The notes under the pieces are model-generated. The model saw nothing but the letters and a program-made list of their open reading frames with translations, searched no databases and was not told where the DNA came from. Below, in pieces: positions 1-9,138 of a DNA stretch of 19,598 bases (the first letter of the stretch is position 1; the number at the start of each line of letters is the position of its first letter). The stretch is from Octopus sinensis (taxonomy: Eukaryota): positions 1 through 19,598 of the forward strand of contig NW_021836407.1 in the NCBI RefSeq assembly GCF_006345805.1. The letters are read 5' to 3'. Both the position numbers and the translations under genes were made by a program.

Positions 1-691
1 ATATCATATGCAAGGAACTTGTTAAATTACATAATATATTACGCAATTTATTACTCAATTTATTACATAATTCAAGTACCCCCATATCATATGCAAGGAA
101 CTTGTAAAATTACATAATAATATATTACGCAATTGATTACGCAATTTTTACTCAATTTATTACATAATCTCAATACCCCCATATCCTTACATCTACGGAC
201 CATCCAAATGCATAATATATTACGCAATTTATTACTCAATTATTACATAATCTCACACAGTACCCCCATATCATATGCAAGAACCTTGTTAAATTGCATA
301 ATATATTACGCAATTTATTACTCAATTTATTACATAATCTCAAGTACCCCATATCATATGCAAGGAACTTGTTAAATTGCATAATATATTACGCAATTTA
401 TTACTCATTTATTACATAATCTCAAGTACTCCCCATATCATATGCAAGGAACTTGTTAAATTGCATAATATATTACGCATTTTTACTCAATTTATTACAT
501 AGTCTCAAGTACCCCCATATTATATCACAGGAACTTGTTAAATTCATAATATATTACGCAATTTATTACTCAATTTATTACATAATCTCAAGTACCCCCA
601 TATCCTTACAACTACGGACCATCCAAAATTGCATAATATATTACGCAATTTATTACTCAATTTATTACATAATCTTAAGTACCCCCATATC
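1..691 (+). repeat. 84-bp AT-rich satellite block S0 (partial, ~8 monomers)
   Basis: Tandem copies of CTCAAGTACCCCCATATCATATGCAAGGAACTTGTTAAATT(A/G)CATAATATATTACGCAATTTATTACTCAATTTATTACATAAT. The consensus is about 26% GC (22/84). Includes variant B monomers at 186 and 605. Confidence 0.97.
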
Positions 692-3600
692 CTTACAACT
701 ACGGACCATCCAAACTACGGACCATCAAGACAATTGCACGTGCACGTTGTTGTTGTTGCTTTGTTGCTATTTCTTGTATTGTTGTTCATTATATTGTAAT
801 ATCGTTCTTTCTGATTTCCTTGTATCTTATATTCTTGTACTCATTGTTATATTCCTCAATTCTTGTATCTAATCTGTTTATGATCCCATCTCTTATTCAA
901 TCGTTTCAAACATTCGAATGCCTAATCTGCTCAACAAATAACACTCGCAAGAGGCGAGAAAGTGCTTTGACTGTCAGAGAGATGTGCACCTATCTTGTGC
1001 CGGCTTAACAAAGATGTCATCTGCAGCCCTCGCAATCTGGAAATGTCCAGCGTGTCTCAGTGCTTGTCCCCTAAAGCCAGCACCCCTTCAAAATCCCCCA
1101 CTCCCGTCTCGTCCGGTTGTTTGTGACATCCCCTTCGAAGATTTGTTATCTCTCTTTTGCCGGTCTGCGCCGCGCACGGAAGATATGCATAAAAATTCCG
1201 AAAGCAGCTCGGATTGCCGTCGCCGACTCGCTCACGAAGACCATTGTAAACGCCCTCGATTCTGACCAGCCTGCTGATTGGCTGAAATTATTTTGCTTTG
1301 GTCCCATGGCAATTGGCACACCCTACAGGGAACCTAATTCGAAGCAGCGCGGTTCCCTGACTTCGCAATTAAAGAAAATTTGACTCTCTTCGACAAAAAT
1401 CCATTCACGGTCCTTCCTACTCCCCCCGCTGAATTTGAGACCCCTTTAACGAATAAACCTGAACGCACAAACCTTCGTAATAAAGTCCACGCCAAGCTTA
1501 TGGAAAACGATGTTAAAGCTGCTGTTCGCCTTGTGGCTTCCGATGACGTTGTTCTACCTCCGTCGGAAGAGCTTCTCGAGGCACTCAAACTTAAACATCC
1601 GGCTGCCCCCACCGACCTCCGTGCTTTGCCAGTCCTCTCTGGAACCCCTACACATTCCTTTACGCCCTCGGAGATCTTAAGCTGCATCGCGAGTTTCCCC
1701 CTCAGCAGCAGTGGTGGCGTGGACGGTCTTCGTCCTGGCCACCTACGTGACCTGACGTCCCCGGTTACAGGCGAGGCAAGAACCCGCCTGGTGAAGGCAA
1801 TTACTGCTCTTTGCAATCGGTTCTTCTCCGGCGACCTTATCCCGTATGCACGTGACTTATTCTTCTCTGCCAATCTCACTGCCTTGAGGAAGACCGATGG
1901 TGGAGTTCGCCCCATCGCTGTCGGAAATGTCTTCAGGAGGCTGGCTGCTAAGCTTGCTTGCAGGCTCGTCTCTACTGATCTTGGCGCATTTTTCGGACCT
2001 GTTCAACTTGGAGTTGCTGTCAAGAATGGATGTGAAGGCGCCGCCCACGCAATGAGATGTTATATCGCCAATGCGTCAGCCGATTCTCGCCATGACAGGG
2101 CACTTCTCAAACTTGACATCAAGAACGCATTTAACTGCATCCGCCGGGATCACTTCTGTCAGTTTGCTTCGACCAGTTCCCCGTTTTGTATCCCCTGGCG
2201 CTATTGTCATATGGAAGACCTAGCTCTCTAGTATTCGGTTCGGATATTATTCCTTCAAGTACGGGAGTTCAACAGGGCGATCCACTAGGTCCCCTTCTCT
2301 TTGCCTTGGAAATAAATGGAATAGCTCGGTCGGTTTCTTCCGACTGAATATTTGGTATCTGGACGATGCCACTATTGGCGGCTCCCCAGAGACGATTTTA
2401 AGAGACGCTTTGTCGTTGGCACCTGCACTTCTGAGGATTGGATTGGAGATTAACCCCACCAAATCCGAATTAGTCGGTGTCAACATTCCTGATAAACGCC
2501 TTGACGACCTTTCATCGTCCCTCCGCACTGGTCTTGGCCAAGTGCGCGCGACTGACGTAAATGATCTCCGGATCCTTGGATCCCCCATCCTGCCGACTGC
2601 TATTAAGACTGATCTTCTTACCAAACATTCCACGTTAACTATTTTGCTGGACCGCCTCACGTTTTTGGACAGCCACGTCGGCCTGTTTCTTGCGAAAAAC
2701 TTTTTCGCCCTGCCTAAATTACTCTACTCCCTCAGAAGTGCACCTTGTTACCTACATGAGGACATTCTCACTGATCTCGGCGACTCCCTTCGTTCGAAGA
2801 TCGAATCAATATGCAATGTCGAGTTCGACTCTTTGGGGTGGAGTCAAGCTTCACTCCCCGTACGCCACGGAGGCCTTGGAATTCGGTGTCCGAATGATGT
2901 TGCACTGCCTGCCTACCTGTCGTCACTTTCTTCATGCCAGAAACTCATGGGCACGGTTCTTCCAACCGATTTTGAACATTACGTGCCCTCTGAGTTATCA
3001 TCGGCGGTCGTAAAGTGGCACTCGCTAGGACTGGAAATCCCAGAGGATCAGCATAAGCAATTTGTTTGGGACGAAGTCCGCCTACAATCCCGAATCCAAT
3101 CTTTACGTACATCTTTCGACCAACACCGCTTGGCCTGCTTTGAGACGGCATGTCGCCCTCACAGCGGAGCCTGGCTAAATGCCACTCCACTGCCGAGCAT
3201 TGGGAACCTTCTGGACTGCGAGTCCGTACGCACTGGAATCTTTTACGTCTCGGTCTTCGCCTATGCGAGCCACATGTCTGCCGCTGTGGCGCGAAAATCT
3301 GTCGCTTTGGATTGCACGCTCTATCGTGCAGACGCAGTGCTGGCCGCATCCCGCGTCACGCCGCTCTTAACGACCTTATCAGGAGAGCCCTGGAAGTCGC
3401 CGGAATCCCCTCCCTGCTTGAACCCACTGGGATCGATCGGGGAGACGGAAAAAGGCCTGACGGGATAACTGTGTTTCCTTTCAACAGGGGGAAGCCTCTC
3501 ACCTGGGATGCCACGTGTGTGGACTCTTTCTCGCCTCAGAACCTGCTGATGTCGGCCTCCGCTCCTGGATCTATTGTCACAACCGCGGAATGCAAAAAGA

Positions 3601-3877
3601 TGCGGAAGTACTCCTCACTTACGGAGAAGTTCCAATTCCTTCCATTCGCGGTTGAGACTTCCGGTTCCTTGGGCAGTAAGGCAATCAGCTTCGTTCAGGA
3701 GATCGGATCCCGCATGTCTGCCATCACAGGCGACGCCCGCGAATCGAGATGGTTTTTCGAGCGGATATCCTTGCGATAGAACGCTCTAATTCTTTCTCGA
3801 TCGCGTCGGCTTCCCGCACTTGAAGCTTTTAATTAATTAACTTGTAGTTATTGGTTGGTTTTCAAAAAAAAAAAAAA
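692..3877 (+). mobile_element. Full-length RLE-type non-LTR retrotransposon (CRE-like), copy 1
   Basis: Starts CTTACAACTACGGACC directly after the target motif at 671-691. Near-identical to copy 2 over its whole length. Ends in a 40-nt 3' UTR plus an A14 tail (3864-3877). Confidence 0.95.
880..3823 (+). pseudogene. PHD-RT-RLE ORF of copy 1, frameshifted as sequenced
   Basis: ATG at 880 and TGA at 3821-3823 match copy 2. About seven private 1-nt indels (near 951, 1148, 1376, 2157, 2343, 3240, 3770) split it into ORF-track fragments. These may be sequencing errors rather than true inactivation. Confidence 0.75.
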
Positions 3878-5942
3878 TCTCAATACCCCCATATCATATG
3901 CAAGGAACTTGTTAAATTACATAATATATTACGCAATTTATTACTCAATTAATTACATAATCTCAAGTACCTCCATATCATATGCAAGGAACTTGTTAAA
4001 TTACATAATATATTACGCAATTTATTACTCAATTTATTACATAATCTCAAGTACCCCCATATCATATGCAAGGAACTTGTTAAATTACATAATATATTAC
4101 GCAATTTATTACTCAATTTATTACATAATCTCAAGTACCCCCATATCATATGCAGGAACTTGTTAAATTGCATAATATATTACGCAATTTATTACTCAAT
4201 TTATTACATAATCTCAAGTACCCCCATATCATATGCAAGGAACTTGTTAAATTGCATAATATATTACGCAATTTATTACTCAATTTATTACATAATCTCA
4301 AGTACCCCCATATCATATGCAAGGAACTTGTTAAATTACATAATATATTACGCAATTTATTACTCAATTTATTACATAGTCTCAAGTACCCCCATATTAT
4401 ATGCAAGGAACTTGTTAAATTACATAATATATTACGCAATTGATTACGCAATTTATTACTCAATTTATTACATAATCTCATACCCCCATATCCTTAACAT
4501 CTACGGACCATCCAAAATTGCATAATATATTACGCAATTTATTACTCAATTTATTACATATCTCAAGTACCCCATATCATATGCAAGAACTTGTTAAATT
4601 GCATAATATATTACGCATTTATTACTCAATTTATTACATAGTCTCAAGTACCCCCATATTATATGCAAGGAACTTGTTAATTACATACATAACGCAAATT
4701 ACTATATTACAAATTCATTTCAATCTCAATTAATTACATATTATCTCGCAAGTCTTACCCCCATATTCAAGTACTAACAATGAAGAACTTGTTTTATCCT
4801 ACATAAAATATTACAGTTTTATCAAGAATATACGCAATTATTACTCAATTTATTACATAATCTCAAGTACCCCCATATCATATGCAAGGAACTTGTTAAA
4901 TTACATAATATATTACGCAATTTATTACTCAATTTATTACATAATCTCAAGTACCCCCATATCATACAAAGGACTTGTTAAATTACATAATATATTACGC
5001 AATTTATTACACAAGCAATTATACATATCTCAAGTACTCCCATATCCTACATCTACGGACCATCCAAATGCATAATATATTACGCAATTTATTACTCAAT
5101 TTATTACATAATCTCAAGTACCCCCATCATATGCAAGGAACTTGTAAATTACATAATATATTACGCAATTGATTACGCAATTTATTACTCAATATTACTA
5201 ATCTCAATACCCCCATATCCTTACATCTACGGACCTCCAATTGCATAATATATTACGCAATTTATTACTCAATTTATTACATAATCTCAAGTACCCCCAT
5301 ATCATATGCAAGAAACTTGTTAATTGCATAATATATTACGCAATTTATTACTCAATTTATTACATAATCCATAAATTACATAATATATTACGCAATTTAT
5401 TACAAAATTTATTACATAATCTCAAGTACCCCCATATCATATGCAAGGAACTTGTTAAATTGCATAATGTATTACGCAATTTATTACTCAATTTATTACA
5501 TAATCTCAAGTACCCCCATATCATATGCAAGGAACTTGTTAAATTACATAATATATTACGCAATTTATTACTCAATTAATTACATAATCTCAAGTACCCC
5601 CATATCATATGCAAGGAACTTGTTAAATTACATAATATATTACGCAATTTATTACTCAATTTATTACATAATCTTAAGTACCCCCATATCATATGCAAGG
5701 AACTTGTTAAATTACATAATATATTACGCAATTTATTACTCAATTTATTACATAATCTCAAGTACCCACATATCATATGCAAGGAACTTGTTAAATTGCA
5801 TAATATATTACGCAATTTATTACTCAATTTATTACATAGTCTCAAGTACCCCCATATCATATGCTAGGAACTTGTTAAATTACATAATATATTACGCAAT
5901 TTATTACTCAATTTATTACATAATCTCAAGTACCCCCATATC
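3878..5942 (+). repeat. 84-bp satellite block S1 (~24 monomers, 2065 bp)
   Basis: Period of 84 read directly (monomer starts at 5505, 5589, 5673, 5757, 5841). B monomers at 4493, 5047 and 5220. Degraded stretch at about 4680-4860. Confidence 0.97.
5922..5942 (+). repeat. 5' copy of apparent target-site duplication for element copy 2 (AATCTCAAGTACCCCCATATC)
   Basis: The same sequence follows the poly(A) at 9137/9139-9157. The equivalent motif precedes every copy (671-691, 10651-10670, 14967-14987, 19285-19305) and follows every tail (3878-3895, 13870-13888, 18176-18194). Confidence 0.75.
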
Positions 5943-6130
5943 CTTACAACTACGGACCATCCAAACTACGGACCATCAAGACAATTGCACGTGCACGTTG
6001 TTGTTGTTGCTTTGTTGCTATTTCTTGTATTGTTGTTCATTATATTGTAATATCGTTCTTTCTGATTTCCTTGTATCTTATATTCTTGTACTCATTGTTA
6101 TATTCCTCAATTCTTGTATCTAATCTGTTT

Positions 6131-9079
6131 ATGATCCCATCTCTTATTCAATCGTTTCAAACATTCGAATGCCTAATCTGCTCAACAAATAACACTCGCA
6201 AGAAGGCGAGAAAGTGCTTTGACTGTCAGAGAGATGTGCACCTATCTTGTGCCGGCTTAACAAAGATGTCATCTGCAGCCCTCGCAATCTGGAAATGTCC
6301 AGCGTGTCTCAGTGCTTGTCCCCTAAAGCCAGCACCCCTTCAAAATCCCCCACTCCCGTCTCGTCCGGTTGTTTGTGACATCCCCTTCGAAGATTTGTTA
6401 TCCTCTTTTGCCGGTCTGCGCCGCGCACGGAAGATATGCATAAAAATTCCGAAAGCAGCTCGGATTGCCGTCGCCGACTCGCTCACGAAGACCATTGTAA
6501 ACGCCCTCGATTCTGACCAGCCTGCTGATTGGCTGAAATTATTTTGCTTTGGTCCCATGGCAATTGGCACACCCTACAGGGAACCTAATTCGAAGCAGCG
6601 CGGTTCCCTGACTTCGCAATTAAAGGAAAATTTGACTCTCTTCGACAAAAATCCATTCACGGTCCTTCCTACTCCCCCCGCTGAATTTGAGACCCCTTTA
6701 ACGAATAAACCTGAACGCACAAACCTTCGTAATAAAGTCCACGCCAAGCTTATGGAAAACGATGTTAAAGCTGCTGTTCGCCTTGTGGCTTCCGATGACG
6801 TTGTTCTACCTCCGTCGGAAGAGCTTCTCGAGGCACTCAAACTTAAACATCCGGCTGCCCCCACCGACCTCCGTGCTTTGCCAGTCCTCTCTGGAACCCC
6901 TACACATTCCTTTACGCCCTCGGAGATCTTAAGCTGCATCGCGAGTTTCCCCCTCAGCAGCAGTGGTGGCGTGGACGGTCTTCGTCCTGGCCACCTACGT
7001 GACCTGACGTCCCCGGTTACAGGCGAGGCAAGAACCCGCCTGGTGAAGGCAATTACTGCTCTTTGCAATCGGTTCTTCTCCGGCGACCTTATCCCGTATG
7101 CACGTGACTTATTCTTCTCTGCCAATCTCACTGCCTTGAGGAAGACCGATGGTGGAGTTCGCCCCATCGCTGTCGGAAATGTCTTCAGGAGGCTGGCTGC
7201 TAAGCTTGCTTGCAGGCTCGTCTCTACTGATCTTGGCGCATTTTTCGGACCTGTTCAACTTGGAGTTGCTGTCAAGAATGGATGTGAAGGCGCCGCCCAC
7301 GCAATGAGATGTTATATCGCCAATGCGTCAGCCGATTCTCGCCATGACAGGGCACTTCTCAAACTTGACATCAAGAACGCATTTAACTGCATCCGCCGGG
7401 ATCACTTCCTGTCAGTTTGCTTCGACCAGTTCCCCGTTTTGTATCCCCTGGCGCTATTGTCATATGGAAGACCTAGCTCTCTAGTATTCGGTTCGGATAT
7501 TATTCCTTCAAGTACGGGAGTTCAACAGGGCGATCCACTAGGTCCCCTTCTCTTTGCCTTGGGAATAAATGGAATAGCTCGGTCGGTTTCTTCCGAACTG
7601 AATATTTGGTATCTGGACGATGCCACTATTGGCGGCTCCCCAGAGACGATTTTAAGAGACGCTTTGTCGTTGGCACCTGCACTTCTGAGGATTGGATTGG
7701 AGATTAACCCCACCAAATCCGAATTAGTCGGTGTCAACATTCCTGATAAACGCCTTGACGACCTTTCATCGTCCCTCCGCACTGGTCTTGGCCAAGTGCG
7801 CGCGACTGACGTAAATGATCTCCGGATCCTTGGATCCCCCATCCTGCCGACTGCTATTAAGACTGATCTTCTTACCAAACATTCCACGTTAACTATTTTG
7901 CTGGACCGCCTCACGTTTTTGGACAGCCACGTCGGCCTGTTTCTTGCGAAAAACTTTTTCGCCCTGCCTAAATTACTCTACTCCCTCAGAAGTGCACCTT
8001 GTTACCTACATGAGGACATTCTCACTGATCTCGGCGACTCCCTTCGTTCGAAGATCGAATCAATATGCAATGTCGAGTTCGACTCTTTGGGGTGGAGTCA
8101 AGCTTCACTCCCCGTACGCCACGGAGGCCTTGGAATTCGGTGTCCGAATGATGTTGCACTGCCTGCCTACCTGTCGTCACTTTCTTCATGCCAGAAACTC
8201 ATGGGCACGGTTCTTCCAACCGATTTTGAACATTACGTGCCCTCTGAGTTATCATCGGCGGTCGTAAAGTGGCACTCGCTAGGACTGGAAATCCCAGAGG
8301 ATCAGCATAAGCAATTTGTTTGGGACGAAGTCCGCCTACAATCCCGAATCCAATCTTTACGTACATCTTTCGACCAACACCGCTTGGCCTGCTTTGAGAC
8401 GGCATGTCGCCCTCACAGCGGAGCCTGGCTAAATGCCACTCCACTGCCGAGCATTGGGAACCTTCTGGACTGCGAGTCCGTACGCACTGGAATCTGTTTA
8501 CGTCTCGGTCTTCGCCTATGCGAGCCACATGTCTGCCGCTGTGGCGCGAAAATCTGTCGCTTTGGATTGCACGCTCTATCGTGCAGACGCAGTGCTGGCC
8601 GCATCCCGCGTCACGCCGCTCTTAACGACCTTATCAGGAGAGCCCTGGAAGTCGCCGGAATCCCCTCCCTGCTTGAACCCACTGGGATCGATCGGGGAGA
8701 CGGAAAAAGGCCTGACGGGATAACTGTGTTTCCTTTCAACAGGGGGAAGCCTCTCACCTGGGATGCCACGTGTGTGGACTCTTTCTCGCCTCAGAACCTG
8801 CTGATGTCGGCCTCCGCTCCTGGATCTATTGTCACAACCGCGGAATGCAAAAAGATGCGGAAGTACTCCTCACTTACGGAGAAGTTCCAATTCCTTCCAT
8901 TCGCGGTTGAGACTTCCGGTTCCTTGGGCAGTAAGGCAATCAGCTTCGTTCAGGAGATCGGATCCCGCATGTCTGCCATCACAGGCGACGCCCGCGAATC
9001 GAGATGGTTTTTCGAGCGGATATCCCTTGCGATAGAACGCTCTAATTCTTTCTCGATCGCGTCGGCTTCCCGCACTTGA
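6131..9079 (+). CDS. Non-LTR retrotransposon polyprotein: PHD finger + reverse transcriptase + zinc knuckle + restriction-like endonuclease (982 aa from first ATG; ORF track starts at TTG 6071)
   Basis: RT motifs GGVDG, RPIAVGNVFRRL, LDIKNAFN (D at 7367), QQGDPLGPLLF (7523), YLDD (7610-7621), GLEINPTKS and LRILGSPI. Also SLPVRHGGLG, the knuckle CRC-x9-H-x3-C, RHAALND, KRPDG, WDATC, KKMRKY and PFAVETSG. The CRE-clade assignment is from motif recognition, not a phylogeny. Confidence 0.96.
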   Translation: MIPSLIQSFQTFECLICSTNNTRKKARKCFDCQRDVHLSCAGLTKMSSAALAIWKCPACLSACPLKPAPLQNPPLPSRPVVCDIPFEDLLSSFAGLRRARKICIKIPKAARIAVADSLTKTIVNALDSDQPADWLKLFCFGPMAIGTPYREPNSKQRGSLTSQLKENLTLFDKNPFTVLPTPPAEFETPLTNKPERTNLRNKVHAKLMENDVKAAVRLVASDDVVLPPSEELLEALKLKHPAAPTDLRALPVLSGTPTHSFTPSEILSCIASFPLSSSGGVDGLRPGHLRDLTSPVTGEARTRLVKAITALCNRFFSGDLIPYARDLFFSANLTALRKTDGGVRPIAVGNVFRRLAAKLACRLVSTDLGAFFGPVQLGVAVKNGCEGAAHAMRCYIANASADSRHDRALLKLDIKNAFNCIRRDHFLSVCFDQFPVLYPLALLSYGRPSSLVFGSDIIPSSTGVQQGDPLGPLLFALGINGIARSVSSELNIWYLDDATIGGSPETILRDALSLAPALLRIGLEINPTKSELVGVNIPDKRLDDLSSSLRTGLGQVRATDVNDLRILGSPILPTAIKTDLLTKHSTLTILLDRLTFLDSHVGLFLAKNFFALPKLLYSLRSAPCYLHEDILTDLGDSLRSKIESICNVEFDSLGWSQASLPVRHGGLGIRCPNDVALPAYLSSLSSCQKLMGTVLPTDFEHYVPSELSSAVVKWHSLGLEIPEDQHKQFVWDEVRLQSRIQSLRTSFDQHRLACFETACRPHSGAWLNATPLPSIGNLLDCESVRTGICLRLGLRLCEPHVCRCGAKICRFGLHALSCRRSAGRIPRHAALNDLIRRALEVAGIPSLLEPTGIDRGDGKRPDGITVFPFNRGKPLTWDATCVDSFSPQNLLMSASAPGSIVTTAECKKMRKYSSLTEKFQFLPFAVETSGSLGSKAISFVQEIGSRMSAITGDARESRWFFERISLAIERSNSFSIASASRT
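6170..6307 (+). other. PHD finger (C4HC3) domain at the N-terminus of the ORF
   Basis: CLIC-x11-CFDC-x4-H-x2-C-x13-W-x-CPAC matches canonical PHD spacing, including the Trp two residues before the seventh ligand. Confidence 0.9.
8534..8866 (+). other. Zinc knuckle plus restriction-like endonuclease (RLE) catalytic region
   Basis: CxC..H..C at 8534-8584, RH at 8609, PD at 8711-8716, second Asp at 8762 and K-x2-KY at 8852-8866. This is the motif order typical of R2-group RLE domains. Confidence 0.9.
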
Positions 9080-9138
9080 AGCTTTTAATTAATTAACTTG
9101 TAGTTATTGGTTGGTTTTCAAAAAAAAAAAAAAAAAAA
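9080..9138 (+). other. 3' UTR (40 nt) and poly(A) tail
   Basis: AGCTTTTAATTAATTAACTTGTAGTTATTGGTTGGTTTTC followed by an A-run. Identical in copies 1-4, with tails of 14, 19, 23 and 21 A. Confidence 0.9.

Larger units (their letters stand above)
5943..9138 (+). mobile_element. Full-length intact RLE-type non-LTR retrotransposon (CRE-like), copy 2, 3196 bp
   Basis: 188-nt T-rich 5' leader, a single long ORF, a 40-nt 3' UTR, an A19 tail (9120-9138) and a flanking direct repeat. No LTRs or TIRs. Confidence 0.97.

Noticed and set aside
692-3877. Group II intron, retron, LTR element or telomerase as the source of the RT
   Set aside because: The poly(A) tail, flanking direct repeat, C-terminal knuckle plus RLE, and the lack of LTRs, integrase or intron domain V all fit a non-LTR element.
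4680-4860. Strongly diverged stretch that could be a foreign insertion
   Set aside because: Satellite words remain in order (CAAGT..ACCCCCATAT..GAACTTGTT..TACGCAATT) with scattered indels. This is best explained as low-quality sequence.
5365-5385. Monomer missing the CAAGTACCCCC...CTTGT part (the target site)
   Set aside because: It is a single occurrence in a noisy region and cannot be distinguished from a read or assembly deletion.
3878-5942. CRISPR-like or spliced-leader/snRNA gene array as the identity of the 84-bp repeat
   Set aside because: There are no unique spacers and no cas genes. I see no recognisable SL exon, donor plus Sm-site arrangement or snRNA similarity on either strand. 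A Rfam search would settle it.
5452-6123. Long ORFs in the satellite (e.g. 223 aa here, 305 aa at 14251-15168, and the repeated YYAIYYSIYYII / HNILRNLLLN / RLCNKLSNK peptides)
   Set aside because: The 84-bp monomer is a multiple of 3, so stop-free frames repeat automatically. The starts are mostly TTG and the peptides are low-complexity.
5943-6130. HDV-like self-cleaving ribozyme at the 5' end, as in R2
   Set aside because: The leader is U-rich and I could not find the nested double-pseudoknot pairings by eye. An RNArobo or Infernal search would be needed.
6574-7167. Antisense and alternate-frame ORFs inside the element (197 aa here; also 7522-7914, 7944-8267, 8199-8528 and equivalents in other copies)
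   Set aside because: They are shadows of a GC-balanced coding sequence, with no recognisable motifs. Their recurrence only reflects copy identity.
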